Below are positions 1-13,445 of a stretch of 61,403 nt of DNA, piece by piece; position 1 is the stretch's first letter; the number at the start of each line of letters is the position of its first letter. The notes below the pieces were generated by a model, which was not told the origin of the DNA, did no database searches, and saw only the letters and a program-made list of their open reading frames with translations. The stretch covers positions 930,001-991,403 of the forward strand of contig MU057521.1 of the NCBI GenBank assembly GCA_013265495.1, in the 5' to 3' direction. Both the position numbers and the translations under genes were made by a program. Source of the DNA: Vicugna vicugna. Taxonomy: Eukaryota.

Positions 1-135
1 CCTACCTGCTAAGACCGAACTACCCACACTGCTTGGAGGGAAGATGGCATGTGGTGGGAGGGTGGCAATACAATTCATGAAACAGCACTGCTGACTATTG
101 AATTATCTGTGCTGTGACTGAAACCTCTTAAAAGG

Positions 136-569
136 TGGTGTTGGTTGAATTGTGTCCTCCAAAAAAGATGTGTTCCCAGGAGTCATTCCTGTGAATGTGA
201 CCTGATTTGGAAACAGGTCTTCGAAGATGTTACCAAGTTAAGATGAGGCCACTGGATTACGTTCTAATCCAAGGACTGGTGTCCTAATAAGAAGAGAGAG
301 ATTTGGACACAGACACAGGGAAGAAGGCCACATGAAGACAGAGGCAGAGGTTGGAGTGATGCAGCTACAGGTCAACGAACGAACAGTGAGGGTTGCCGGC
401 AGCCATCAAAAGCTCGGAGGGCAACATGGAACAGACTCTTCCCTGAAACCTCCTAGAGTGTCTTGATTTCAGACTTCCAGCCTCCAGAACAGTGAGAGCA
501 TGATTTTCTGTTGTTTTAAGCCCCCAATTTGTGGTACTTTGTGACAGAAGGCTTAGGAAATGAAAACAC
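136..569 (+). mobile_element. MaLR solo LTR, MLT1 family (MLT1C/D-like)
   Basis: gttgaattgtgtcctccaaaa...gaatgtgacctgatttggaaa...gaagacagaggcagaggttggagtgatg...gacttccagcctccagaac...ttgttttaagcc...tttgtggtactttgtgacag. Confidence 0.85.
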
Positions 570-879
570 TGGGGAATCCCTGGATGGGACAAAAACAGGA
601 GCCGAAAGGGAGGTCTCTGAAACCTCTACCACGGATTTAAATGGCAGCCAAACCAACACATGGTGTCTTAAATAGCTGTCCAGCCCACCCACTTCTCTGA
701 ACTAGGCCTTCATGCCTTCTCGATTCCAGAATGGTCTCCTAACTCTATTCATCCACCAATGGATCAGGGAAACCCCAACAGCAACAGAGTCACATTTGTT
801 GAGAACTGTGTTCTTGACACTGAAGCAGTTTGCATAATATGTAAAAGTGCATGCAGAATCCTAATGAGGATCCTCATCC

Positions 880-1045
880 TCCATTAACCTAATCCTTACA
901 AGGGTCCCCTGTGGGGTGTGGTACTATAAACCCCATTCTGGGTTGTGGGGAGACTCCAGTCCAGGGAAGTTAAGTAACCAGCCTGAGGCCACACAGCTGG
1001 AAACTGAACTCAGGTCTAGCAGACTCTTCACTCTACACTGTATTG
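880..1045 (-). mobile_element. MIR SINE fragment
   Basis: Reverse MIR core: gaagttaagtaaccagcctgaggccacacagctgg...gaactcaggtct. Confidence 0.7.
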
Positions 1046-2034
1046 CCTAGGGGGGAACCACAGTTCAGGGCTCAAAGGAGAAAGCAGAGCCCTGAAATAA
1101 ACAGCACACATCTTGAACAGTCCTTTCAAACTGGGAAGAAGAGACATCACCTATATTTCTCAATGGAGACACTGGAATCTGAGATTTGCCTCAGGTCCCG
1201 ATGTGAGGCAGAACTTGGACCAGAAGCACCACCTTCTACACTTTCTCTTCCCTCACCAACCACTGCTCCTTCCTTCTCCACCTGGACTGTGTGTAGAGCC
1301 CAATGGATCCAGGTCCCAGCCAGCTGCTGACAAGTCAGATCTCCTGGCGTGATCCAAGGCTGACATGCGCAGGCTGGGATACCCAGTGTGTTATCAGTAA
1401 CTCTCCCAAGGGTGCAGTGAAGAGTTAATGTTTATAAAGTGCTGTGAAAGCCTCTGATAAAAGACGTTAAGTGGCATTAATAGAACACATTCTGCAGGCC
1501 CCACGTTTCACTTGGCTTGATAGATACGCGTCCCTTGTGTGCACTAGGTGGACTCTGCTTCCGATGAATTGAGCTCATTAATTAAGATCCCGCCTGCAGT
1601 TTATTGTGAAGGATGCTTGGTTATTAACGTAATTAGGACCCTGAGCCAACCCCCAGACTATCTCACTATACACATGGCGGGGGAGGCGGACTGTCTCCTT
1701 GAACCCATTGTCCTCATAGTTGCTAAATTCAAGCCCATTATCTTGCACCAACAGGCAGCCAAGGCTCTAATAAAATAAGAGGATCGCTGATTTCAACAGA
1801 GCTTTCTTAGACGACTGGCGTGTAAGCACAATAGTGATAAATGCACTGCTTAATAGTGCTCCCCTATTTCCAGACATGAGCTCAATTCTGCACCTGTAAC
1901 AACCTCTAGACATCATTTCCACTCAACATCTAATCGACAATTTAAAGCAAAATCAAGCTTCTTTACCCACTTGCAATCAAGGGGCTACTTCCCTTAGCCA
2001 GAAAAAAGCTGCAGGACTTTAAAGGCAATTCTTC

Positions 2035-2357
2035 ACAAATCTGGTCTCGCATCTGAGAAGCCTCTAGGAAACTAAAAAATCCAGATGCCCAGACCCCAGC
2101 CTCAGAAGTTCTGATTCCTTTGTTCTGGGGACCAGGCATCAGTACTCCAGTGTGTGTATGTGTGTATGTGTGTGTGCCCGCACGTGCTGGTTACTTTCTT
2201 TCAAAATAGACTTTATTTTTTAAAGCAGTTTCAGGTTTACAGAAAAATTGAGCTGAGTCCAGAGTCCCCATATAACCATACCCATATACTATACAGAACA
2301 CTTCTCAATGCTCAGAGTGATTCAGGCATGCAGGCAGGGCTGAGGATTCAGTTGTAG
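2035..2357. mobile_element. MER5-type hAT MITE interrupted by a (TG)n tract and a short antisense L1 3' end (about 2192-2290)
   Basis: aaaatccagatgcccagacccc...ttctgattc...ccaggcatcagta and gtgattc...gcaggcagggctgagga flank the L1 tail tagactttattttttaaagcagtttcaggtttacagaaaaattgag. Confidence 0.6.
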
Positions 2358-2884
2358 TGCTAACATTACCTTCACAGCTGTGATTCATCTGCCTTCTAAA
2401 AAATAATTTCTAATTAAACCACAGCCCAAATTCTTCTGGGTTTTCTCAATACATTTCCTTAAAGTAACAGCCCAAGCTTGAGAATGTGATTGGCATTCAT
2501 TCAAATGAAGATGACTCTGTCACCATTCTAGTCTGTGCCTTCAGGTTGCATAACGAATGGCCTTATCAGTTTTCACAGGTCTTGGAAGACTCTCTTCCTT
2601 GACAGATTAAAAGAAATACAAATAGAGATAATACTATTGAGATAACACAGTGGCAATCTAGAACTCTTTAAAAATGGTTGATGATTTGCAGAACAGAAGG
2701 AAAAATTAACATACTACTTTTTAAAAAGGAGTTATTTAAATATTTTAATATAATAGTCTTGCTGGAAAGATAATTAAGTAGAGTGAAGGCAGCAATCTAT
2801 ATGACAGAGAATAGAAAATAATGAAAAAAAGGTTTGACACTATCCAAAAGGTGGCTACACACTTAATCAAGTTTTTTGGGTCCA

Positions 2885-3006
2885 TTATCATTCATTAAAC
2901 AAATATTTATTGAGCACCTACTGAGTTCCAGGTTCTAAGTGCTGTGGATAAACAATGAACCAAACGAACAATAGAACTGCTCTTCTAGGGTTTATATTCT
3001 GGTGGC
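2885..3006 (-). mobile_element. L2 LINE 3' end
   Basis: cattcattaaacaaatatttattgagcacctact...ccagg. Confidence 0.8.
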
Positions 3007-3420
3007 ATGTTAGGATATATACTCTTCCACTTGCAGAAATACTATTGGAATTGTCTACTTAACAATGGTTGTATATTTCTGGAAATGATATGTAAACTCT
3101 AAACGTTATTAATATTGACATCACTATGGCCTTTTATCACACTGACATCAAGATACAAGGGACACTAAAATTCACTATGAAGTATGCTTGATTCCTGAAT
3201 TTTTGCCTTAGAGGAAATTACTATGCTTTGATATCAGCATATTGCAACAATTAGATTGTTGAAGAATAAATCATAAATCATATAAGGTATAAAAAAGAAA
3301 TGAATTCAGGTTCCTTTACAAGGTGAGCAGCTCATGCAAGTGTTGGATCCGTTTAAGCTGACAGACATGTTTTAGATTCTTGTTAGGAAGAAATGATATC
3401 TTTATTTACTGAAAGGCACT

Positions 3421-3766
3421 AGTATTTACCAGTTAACTTATGCTGCAAAACAAACTTCCCTGAAATGAAGTAGCTTAAAACGACTACCATTTACTTAGCT
3501 CAAAATTTTGTGAATCAGCCAGTGTCTTCTAGATTGGCTCAGCTGGAGCCAATCTCAGAGCAGGCTCTCTGTTGGGCATTCTTGTGTGCTGGGGTCAACT
3601 GGTGCGAGGTCAACTACTTTTAGGTGTTAAAAACAACTTTTCAAGTCTGTGATTATGTCCCACTGACCAAAGCAACTCACATGGCCAGGCCCAGAGTCAG
3701 TGTGAGAGGGAACTACTCAAGGGCAGAGAAGGAAATTATTGTGGCCATTTGTGCAGTCTACCCCAA
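3421..3766 (-). mobile_element. MaLR LTR, old MLT1 subfamily
   Basis: tatgctgcaaaacaaacttccc...gtagcttaaaacgac...ccaaagcaactcacatggccaggcccagagtc...ggccatttgtgcagtctacc. Confidence 0.75.
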
Positions 3767-4469
3767 CATCCCATTACTAGGATACAGGTTTCAAGGTAAG
3801 AATCTCCCAGAAACTACTATTTCATAAGAGAAGTTCCCCCTTTGGTCCTGAGCCCCCGATACCCTTAGCTCTAATTGTTCCCAGTGAATATAGTCCAGGG
3901 AAGATGGAACCTGCAGCATCACTCACCTTCCTGTAGTTTTGGGACCTGCAGGTGCATGGTTCCTTCATCCTCTAGACGGTACTAAGTTCCACCGCTTGGG
4001 GCTCTGCGTTCCCTATCTTAGAGTGGCTTCATCAATTTCATATACACCCTACTACGCAAGCCCCTGAATCTTTACGAGAAAGACGTTTATGATACCATTG
4101 GGAATATCTCTCTCCCAGGACTCAAACCCAAACTATCTTCCTCTTCCTTAAGCCAAAAGTATGAGTGAATCATTGTGAGAGCCACTTGTAGGGGATTGCA
4201 GACTTGGAACTCATGGGACCAGGTCGGGAGAAAGGTTCAGGAAAAAGAGAAGAACATATTTCCTGGGCAGGCTCAGATTGGAGCTCTCCCCTGAGAGACG
4301 AGAGAGGACGCAACTAGGTAGAAAAAGTCAGAATACTCTCTTCTAGCATGTGTATTTCTTTATTTGGAAAATTCATTCAAAATTTTGATTCCTCTGGGCT
4401 TTGTTATTGAGTTTGAATATAATTTTCAGGAGTAACTCTCTATTCTTGGGCAGGAGGTAGTGTGGAGGT

Positions 4470-4572
4470 GTTAGGAGAACAGACTTCCCTCGAGTGCTGA
4501 TTGTACCACTTACTATTCATCACCTGTGTAACCTTGAACAAGTTAGTCCACATAAGCCTCAGTTTCTCCATC
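4470..4572 (+). mobile_element. MIR SINE, interrupted by the MLT2 LTR
   Basis: ctgtgtaaccttgaacaagttagtccacataagcctcagtttctccatct. Confidence 0.7.
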
Positions 4573-5067
4573 TGTATTAGGGGTCTCCAGAGAAACAGAG
4601 CCAATATGTATAGATATAGAAATGCAGATATGGATATAGATATAGGGACATATATTTTAGAGAGAGAGCACACAATTTTAAGGAATTGGCTCCCACAGTT
4701 GTGGGAGCTGACGCAGCTGAAATCTGCAGGACAGGCGGGCAGGCAGGATTCTGATAAGAGCTGACGTTGCAGCATTGAGTCAGAGCTCCCCAGGGCAGCA
4801 GGCTGGAAACTCAAGCAAGGTTTCCATGTCGCACTCTTGAGGATAATTTCTTCTTTGGAGGTGACCTCAGTTTTTGCTTTTAAGGCTTTCAACTGATTGG
4901 ATGAGGCACACTCAAATTATAGAGAATAATCCACTTTACTCAAAGTCTACCACTTTAAACGTTAATCACATCTAAAAAGTACCTTCAGAGCAATATCTAC
5001 ACTAGTGTTTGACCGAACAACCAGGCACGATGGTTTAGCCAACTTGACACTAAAATTAATTATCACC
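4573..5067 (-). mobile_element. ERVL solo LTR, MLT2 family
   Basis: tgtattaggggtctccagagaaacagagccaata...ttttaaggaattggctc...ttcaactgattggatgaggc...gccaacttgacactaaaattaattatcac. Confidence 0.9.
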
Positions 5068-6279
5068 CCACCCATCAAAAGGAAGAAAAATAAGATAGAC
5101 AGAATAGAATTGTGATGCACACAAAGCAAGGAGAATGACCCCAGGCACTAATCTTGGTCGTCATTATTCTTACCCATATTCTATCGATACAGTAAAGGCT
5201 GCTTGTTCATGTAAATTAGGGCTTTCTAGACTGGGGAAGGGGTGAGCAGAAGGTTTGGTGGATTTATGGCAGGCAGGTCTTTTTATTCCTTACAGAACCA
5301 GAGCAGGGCCTTTGGGGTTTGTTTTAAATTGATGTTTGTTTTCAAAAGAAAAGAAATTTCAAAAGAGCTCTGATCCTTTAAGACTGAACTATTGCTCTAG
5401 AGACCTATCACCTAGTAACAGGAAGATAATACCTTCTCTCCTCCAACAGGTAAACCTCTGGCTTTTCTAATTGAAATTTCAGGCTTCCTGCCACACTCCT
5501 AAAAAACTATCACTTTAAAGGGATCAAACCGTACAAGCCAAACAAAGTCAGATTTGAATGCACTACTTTTCAAATGGCAGGCTAATGAGATTTTCATTGG
5601 GAGAAGAGATTTGAAGCTTTACAGGTCATAATTTAAGTAGCTTTGTTCCATTGACATTCACTGAATTTCACAAAGAGAGTCTGCAGTAACGTTCTTTTTT
5701 TGACTCCTGCCCGGGGATCAAAGATAAGTATTAGAAGCAGAAATAAAGTATAAATTGTAAGAAAATAAAAAATTACCTAGACTTTTCACCGGGTTGAGTT
5801 ATCTTTTATTCTTCCCTCCCTATTTCCTCCCCTCCCCTCCCATATTCATTACAAATGCTATCCATTCTACTCCTAAAATGATTGTTCTCTTCATACTTTT
5901 CCATTCCACTGACACTGCCATTTTCAGGGTTCCTAATCCATCTCCCTGGCCAGACTGTTCCCAGTCTCATCCAATCTTCACACAGTTGGCAGGTTTAATT
6001 TTGTTTACGACACAGCCTTTCCTCTTTCTACTTCTCTGCTCAAAAGTTTCAGTAGCTACTATTGCTTTTTTCAACAAGTTCAAACTCCTTTGCCTGGCAT
6101 TTAAGACCTTCTGTGATCTGACCTCAAATCTTCTTTCCAAATTTATTTCTATTCTTTCTCTCCAGAAATTCTAGTCAAACACAAATTTCTCATCCTCCCC
6201 AAACCCAAACTATGCCTTTTTGACTCCATACCTGTTTATACTAGAACCTCCTCAAATGTCTTCTCCTTGAATTCTAGAG

Positions 6280-6472
6280 CAGTTGACTCTTAAATAACAC
6301 AAGTTTGAACTGCATGGGTCCACCTATATGTGGACTTTTTTTCAAGAGTAAATGCTACAACACTACACAGTTTGCAGTTGTCTGAATCCACGGATGTGGA
6401 GGAACCTTGGACATGGAGGGTGGACTATATATTATATGCAGATTAACCCCCATGTTGTTCAAACGACAACTG
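6280..6472. mobile_element. Tigger2/MER8-type TcMar MITE, inserted in an L2 remnant (about 5930-6550)
   Basis: Terminal inverted repeats cagttgactcttaaataacac / atgttgttcaaacgacaactg, followed by TA. Confidence 0.85.
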
Positions 6473-6597
6473 TAATTTATCTAGGCCCAGGTCAAATGTC
6501 ACTTCCTCCAAGACGCCTTCCTTGATTTCCCTTCTCCTAAGTAGTAGATTCACCATTCAGTTAGAACTCTATTGCGATATTACTACATTTAAAGAAG

Positions 6598-6830
6598 TCA
6601 ACAGGGCACAATGAGTAAGAGCACAACTTTGGAGGCAGAGTTGGGTTTGAGCCCCAGCTCTGCTGCTTCATAGCTGTGTTACCTTGGACAAATCTCTTAT
6701 CTTCTCTGAATCACTGTTTATGTTTCTTTGTGTTTTTGAAAACTGAGGTAGTCTGTGACTGTGAAGGTTGAGTAAGTTAAACCTGTGAAAGTATTTAGCA
6801 CAAAGCTGATAGTCAGTAAATATTAACTCC
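6598..6830 (+). mobile_element. MIR SINE, near full length
   Basis: ctttggaggcagagttgggtttgagccccagctctgct...agctgtgttaccttggacaa...gtgaaagtatttagcaca. Confidence 0.8.
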
Positions 6831-6869
6831 TATTTTTAAAAAAATCATATTTAACCTTGATTATAGTTC

Positions 6870-7292
6870 ACATATTTTCCATCTCCTTCCTCAATTGTAA
6901 AATCTTTAGGGAGTACAATCTGTATCATAATCCCACCCAATCCCACTTCCCACAGTGCCTGCCAGGTATTAGTACTTGGAAAAAATTTTTTATTCAAAAC
7001 TGTGCTCACTGTGACTTTCCCTAAGCACCCTACCCTACACCTCAATCACACTGCATCTCTTCAGTGGGCCTTGTTTTCCACATGACACTAATTGTCATCT
7101 GAAGTTATAATACATGCCTATTGTTCTTGTAATTTATTTTATTGTCTGTCTTCTCCACAAAAATACACTTTCAAGAGGACAGAGCCTCGTTTGTGTGTTT
7201 TGATTATTGCTGACTCCCAGCACCTAGTTAGTATGCACAGTGGGCACCCAACAGATATTTGATGAATGAATGAACAAATAAATGAATGAGGA
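6870..7292 (+). mobile_element. L2 LINE 3' fragments
   Basis: cacagtgcctgccagg; ccccagcacct-like segment; gatatttgatgaatgaatgaacaaataaatgaatg tail. Confidence 0.7.
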
Positions 7293-7399
7293 CCTCTTTT
7301 TTTCTTTTTCTTCCTGAGTTGCATTTTTTAAGAAAGTAATGATACTCGTTGCCTTCTCCTCAAAGACAGTTTTATAGAGAACAATTGGACTATTTCCTA

Positions 7400-7803
7400 A
7401 ACAATTCTGGTATCTAATCATCAGTTGAAAAAACTCAGAAAGGGATTGGAAACATGCAGTGCTTACCCATTTCTTGGCCACCTCTCCCTTGGGGCATAGG
7501 AGAGGATAACATTTCTCTTTCACTTTTCCAGTTAGGCAAGCCCATGTACTGGAGCAGAAGTGAAATATATCACTTTCAGGCCAAAGTATTTAATTGTCAG
7601 TGTGAGACCCTCTTCCCCTGCTCCATCAACTGAGGAGGTGATATGTTCCAACAACTATAGGATGGTTTGGAGAAAAGCTTTCTTAGACTGGGTCATCTAA
7701 ACCCACAAACAACTTTGCAAGAGTGGGAAATAAGCTTGGTGGTGCTCAGCCACAAGATCTGCGTTTGTTACTATAGCATAACCCAGACATCCTGACTAAT
7801 GCA
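7400..7803 (+). mobile_element. Old MLT1-type LTR remnant
   Basis: cacttccagg-like atcactttcaggcc...gtgggaaataagctt...cagccacaagat...tttgttactatagcataacccagacatcctgactaatgca. Confidence 0.6.
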
Positions 7804-9188
7804 AACTGTATTTAGGTAGATTATATGAAAACCCAGAAGGAAGAGGAGAGTCTTGGCATTTACAAACAAACCCATCAAAGTAAAATAGCTCTTTCACTTG
7901 AAATGTTAAGTAACTCACAACATATACTCTTTAGTTTATTTCAACGATCATGGAAATGTCCTCACATCTTCCTTTATTGTCCCTCATTCTTTGCAGGTAA
8001 TAGGAATGTCCCAGCCTTTACGACATCACTGGAGTCCTCACTTTGCACGGTACCATGTTTACCAAAACCTGTGCATATGGGAACCATGCAAAATGAGGTT
8101 ATGATTCTAACATGCACGTGTTTTAGTTAATATGGTACTCTGCAAAGCAAGGACTATCCAAATTTGACTTTACCAGAAAGTACTAAAACTATAAAGGGGC
8201 AAGACTTTGAAGCTCAATTTCCTAACAGTTTTCTCTGGTTTCATTTTTTCTTTAAAGATCAAAAAAGTTTTCTCTATAAATTACTGTGACTTCTCAATAA
8301 TAATTTTATTCACTCTATCTTAACATTGCTGATTGTCATGGTCTTTTCTCTTCATATCCAAATCACCAGTCTCCTTATCAAATAAGTAATATTAGTTATT
8401 GGTTATAGTCATTAATTTATTATCAATTCATTCAAAATATTGTAATATAAACTTAAAAACAAATAGCTGCTATCTTCTCTTGGTAAAAAAGACTTTACTG
8501 TCTTAGGGAGGGGCTCCTTGTACAAAAATAAGACCAACCCAGGAGCCATGAATTCTTCCCCAGGACTGAAGGATGGATTTGCATAGCCTATAAGACTTTC
8601 TGCCCTTTGAACAAGAACAGATATTGGCCAGAAGATGAGACACGATCCATGACCACAGGATATAGCAAATGGGTTGACTTTCCAAAGGATGAAGTACATT
8701 AATAATTAGCATGATGCTCCAACCAGCTGAATTCATGAGTCATCCTTATTCTTGAAGACATTCTCAAATCTATGGATTCATAACTGACACCAATCCAATC
8801 CTTACTTGATATTAGAAAAATCAAATGTTTTAAGGTGTAGTCTATGTACTTGAGGGTCTTACAACCTAGTTGGGGTCCAAGTGATTGTATCTTCTGAAGC
8901 AGAAAATAAAAAGATAATTGTGCAAAATAATTATATTTTCTGTATCAGAAAATCTGGAACTTTCTGTCATGTTGGTATTCCATTATAAAAGATAATACCT
9001 GATAAGGGCTAAGAGTAGTGTAGACACAGTAAATGCCATAGAAATGAAGAGCTATCAAGGGAGGGGATTGGGAGGCTGAGCAAAGTCTTATATTGAGGAG
9101 GTGAGAGAAAAGAAAGATGAGTCCTGCATCTGAGATAGGAACTCAAATGTCCACAGGGCCAAGAAGAAAACGTGAGTTGAGTGACACT

Positions 9189-9570
9189 AGGGCAGGATAG
9201 AAATATTAATTCCACATGCCCCATCTAGATGGGGCAGCTGCTACCCATCAGCTGTGTAGGTGTGTGGGACCCATGTTATTGGACCTTCAGATTATTCAAG
9301 AAAAGTTAGCAATCTAGATCTTTGTAAGAAATAACCAGATTTTAAAATGTTGTTAACTTGGGGGTGGGTATAGCCCAATGGTAGAGTGCATGCTTAGCAT
9401 GCACGAGGTCCTAGGTTTAATCCCCAGTACTGCCACTAAAAAAAAATTAATAAATAAAAATAAATAATAATAAGTAGAATTTAAAAAAATAAAAAAATAT
9501 TGATAACTAAGATAAGCAGGTCAAATAAAAAGTTCCTGCCTGAACTGGAGGGCTGCTCTACTGCTCCGAC
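9189..9570. mobile_element. hAT-Charlie remnant (MER102/Charlie4-like) hosting a SINE
   Basis: ttcaagaaaagttagcaatctagatctttgtaagaaataaccagattttaaaatgttgttaact. Confidence 0.55.
9360..9493 (+). mobile_element. tRNA-Ala-derived SINE (camelid type)
   Basis: A box tagcccaatgg, B box ggtttaatccc, A-rich tail. TSD aaaatgttgttaact (9344-9358) / aaaatattgataact (9494-9508). Confidence 0.9.
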
Positions 9571-9984
9571 CCCATCAGCGAGGTGGACATCTTGGGAAAG
9601 GTCCTTTCTTCTCTCCCTCAAGCCTCTGCATCTCAAATGACTCCAGTTTCACTTTATGCAGAATATATTTAACCCTGGTTAAGTGGATACTAGATATAGT
9701 GCATTTACTTTGCATAATTCCTTAATTTTAAAGAGGAAATTTAAGATATGTCCCCCCACCACACGCATCCACATAATTCCACTCTGTCAACAGTAATTGT
9801 CCTGAGCCACCGCCAGGCTGGTGCAAGCTGTTGAAGAGGGTTGGCTGTGATTAATTAAACTCTATTTGCTGAGAGCAAATGGCAGAGCCCTCAATCACGC
9901 TTAATGCCTCTTCGGCTGCCTCGGGAGGAAGCTCTCGCCCAGGATTATAAAACTGTTATGACATTCCTCCCCATTTACTTTTTA

Positions 9985-10330
9985 TTTTTTTATTGAGGTA
10001 AAATACACATAATATTTACCACTTTAACCGTTTCAAGGTGTACTGTTTAGTGGCATTAAAGTACATTCACAAGGTTGTGGAGCCATCACTACTGTCCATT
10101 TCCAGGACTTTTTCATCATTCCAAGTAGAAACCAGGTCCCCATTAAATGACAGCTCCCCATTCCTCCCTCCCCCTACTCCAGGGTAATCTCCATTCACTT
10201 CCTGTCTCTACGAATTTGCTTACTATGAATCCCTCATGTACGTGGAATCATACTATATTTGTCTTTCTGTGTCCAGCCTGTATCACTAAGCAACATGTTT
10301 CCAAGATCCGTCTGTGTTGTAGCAAATATC
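9985..10330 (-). mobile_element. 5'-truncated L1 (L1MB-like 3' UTR)
   Basis: tttattgaggtaaaatacacataa...gtggcattaaagtacattcaca...gtggaatcatac. TSD-like cccatttacttttt / cccatctacttttt. Confidence 0.85.
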
Positions 10331-10504
10331 CCATCTACTTTTTATTTTGTTCCTTTCCCCACATTTCCATCACCCATTCCCCTACTGCAGTGGTAAATAT
10401 ATCCAAAAAGGACAATTCTTTAGCATAAAAAACACTAAGGATAAAACATTCAAAGCTTTAATTCTCTTAAAGAGAAAGGATCCTGATTTATCCTAATCTA
10501 CCGT

Positions 10505-10628
10505 TTTCAGACTGCCTGGATCTGAACCCTGGCACCACCATTAACTCTTTGTATGACCCAAAGAATGTTATTTAAACTTTCTGTTCCTTAGAATCCTCAT
10601 CTGAAAAACGAGGATAATAAGAACTCCT
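10505..10628 (+). mobile_element. MIR fragment
   Basis: tcagactgcctggatctgaaccctggc...tcctcatctgaaaaacgaggataataa. Confidence 0.7.
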
Positions 10629-11879
10629 ATGTATGCTAATATCCAATGTTTTATATATGAGTATTCATGAACACAGTAGCACCTATTTATTCAGAAAACT
10701 TTTAGTAATTTCATTTTCTTGAAACAACTAGGACTGATTATGTATGTATATCATATATATATTCTAAATAATTAAAAAATAATCTAAATAATTAACGTAT
10801 AAGTCTTTGTTAGTAAGTATTATTTACTAGCCAGGGACTGATAAGGGACCCAGGGCTACTAGCCGTAGGAGAAGGGGCTACCGTGGAGCCCGGGTGCGGC
10901 TGTCTGGGAGGGGTGGTCCCATCCTCTGCCTTCACACTGAAGGTTGGGAGCAGAGGACACGCTGCACAACAGGATCACAGTGACAACTCTAGTGAGAAAG
11001 TTGAAAGAAATATTTGGAAGGAATTTAGGAAAGGAGGGAGAAATAGAACAGAGGGAGGAAGGGGAGAAAAGGAGGAATCCAGTCCCTTGAATGGGGCCTT
11101 TCAGTGTATGAGCAGAAATCCTGACATGTGTTTATTAGCTCCTGAGAGCATCAACCGTTTCAACAGCCACGCACTGTACAAGGAGTCCAGGTGGGAGAAA
11201 AGATGGAAGAACCCTCCCTCCAGACCCCTGATACAGACAGATGTAAAATCCCTCCCTACAGGCTGATCACAGTCCGGTGGGAGAGAGACGTACGTAAGCC
11301 AACAAGCTCTACAGGAGTGACAAGCATAAAAGCAGTGTGTAAGATTCCGGGTACCACAGAGGGGACACTAATGAACCCTCTTCCGTCCTGTCAGGAACCC
11401 TTCCTAGCATCTGTGACACCTACCCTGGAAAACTGAGTGGGAGTTTACCAGTCAGACCAGAATGGCAGGGAAGGAGAGGCAGCGTATGGACAATTACGTC
11501 TGGGGAGCATTTAACATCCTTTATCATCGCTGGAGCTTAAAAGTAGACAGGAGAGGTAGGTAGGGGGAGGAATGAGGAGACCTGTGTGTGATGCTCACAC
11601 AGGTACTGGGACCCTGGTCTTAATGATGGCACAGACTCAGTGAAGGGCTGAATCAGGAGATGGGTGTGCTCAGAAAACACACTAGCTTTAGTGAAGAGGA
11701 CACAAAGCTAGTGGCAGAGATAGAGTAGAAGGCGAGGACGTTAGCCTTGGCTAACGCTGATTAGGATCTCCTGAAGAGCATCTAAACCAGGGCATTGGTG
11801 ACAAGGATGTAGAAGAAAAATAAACAAATGTGGTGCTTGTTTTGTTATTCCTTTTCATCTTTATAGTCATTAATTTAAC

Positions 11880-12140
11880 AGGTGTTTAATGAGCATTCAC
11901 TAGTAACTGAAGTATTTCATTCAACATAATATATTTTTTAGCTTTTTGCATTATTTTCACAAACTTCATTATTTTGTTTGATCCTCAGAGTGACTATGTA
12001 AGGTAGTAAAACTAAGTTTTCACCCTCATTTGACAAGTGAAGAAACTGAGGTTCAAAGAAGTGGAGTCACTTTCCCCAAGGTTACACAGATAACGTGCTA
12101 CAAAGCCTCAGCTTAAACCCAAATCTCCTTACTCTGGCCC
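11880..12140 (-). mobile_element. MIR SINE
   Basis: ctcatttgacaagtgaagaaactgaggttcaaagaagtggagtcactttccccaaggttacacag. Confidence 0.8.
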
Positions 12141-13364
12141 AGGTGTACCCTCCAGCCCCCTCCAACCCCCAACATCACAGCTCAAAACAAATTCCCTATT
12201 TATGGGTCCCCAGGAAATCAAAGTCTGCTTGGCAATGAGCTTTCCATCAGAGGAATGGAAAATTTCAAAGAAAGATAAAAGTTTTAGCAGTCCATAGAAT
12301 TCTCTAAGTCACTGACCTAGACACAAATGATCCAGCAAATGAGAAGGAATGCAGAGCTGTTTCTGGTTTGTTTTTAAAATAAGTGGTGAATCCACTTATC
12401 CACACATGCAGCTCTGGCACAGTTAATAACAAGGATTTATGTGGTGCCTGACCGGACGCCTTTACCTCCTCCCTGCTGTAGGGGTAAAAATCTGTAAAAT
12501 CTCTGTGTTAGATGAAAAGGTTGATTGGGCAGAGAAGATCTGTCTTGATCACTAAGGACAACCAAAAAGCATTTGGTGACCCATTTAGGCTTATTTTGCT
12601 TTCAGGCTCCTCTGCCATCTGCAGAGCTGGGAGGTGAGCTGTTACTCAGCCCACTTACACACACTCATTGTGTTCGGTGTCTCCATTCACCTGCATCCCA
12701 AGCACAAGTTCCTTCAAAAGGCAAAGTCACATCTTCCACCTCTTGCTTAGTTCATTTATTTGTGGCTCCCAGACCTACTTGTCAAAAACTATTTTCCATT
12801 CAGAGTCAAATCTGGCTGATTCTGCCCATGTATTTATACGACTGGGTCTGTGTTTCATTTCTGTACAAAGGGATTAGTCCTGCTGTAATAATATTTTCCA
12901 TTTAGAGAGCACTTTGGGTTGAGAGCCCCATTCAAAGCCACATTGTTCTGATGCTGCTTTTCTAAAGTCAGCCACTTTATCCCATCAAACTTTGTGAAAA
13001 TGACAAATGGCCTCTAGGCGCACCCACCACAATCAGCTGGCGGGGAAAACAGCCCTCAAGAAGGTTATGTTGGTGATCTATTTCCTGAACCCTCATGGGA
13101 GAGACTGCCAAAACCTCGAGTTCAGACCCAAACCACAGTCAGTTGAATTAGTAAGAAAAGACTAGCTGGAGAAAAAGTAGCAAATGACTGGAAAACACCT
13201 TAGAAATCACCAAGAAGAGTGATTTCCAAGTTCATTTCTTCTAGCAGAACTTCTTCCACCTGATAAAATATAAGCCTACTGGTTGGCGTGGCCAGTTTCC
13301 CCTGGTCCTCCCCTGGTGGCCCCCAGGGCTCTGAAGGAACATTCTTTGAAAACCTATACTGCAA

Positions 13365-13445
13365 CTTCCCCATTTTTCAGATAAGAAAACAGGCCCAGAG
13401 AGATGACGTGACCTGCTCAAAGGCCAACAGCAAGTGACAGGGATG
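13365..13445 (-). mobile_element. MIR core fragment
   Basis: ccccatttttcagataagaaaacaggcccagagagatgacgtgacctgctcaaaggcc. Confidence 0.7.

Noticed and set aside
4440..4892. 150-aa ORF
   Set aside because: Lies within MLT2 LTR and MIR sequence, has a non-ATG start and no protein features.
9360..9437. tRNA-Ala(AGC)-like gene
   Set aside because: Acceptor stem is disrupted, the B box is mutated, and it has an A-rich tail and TSD. Two more copies occur in the window, so it is a SINE.
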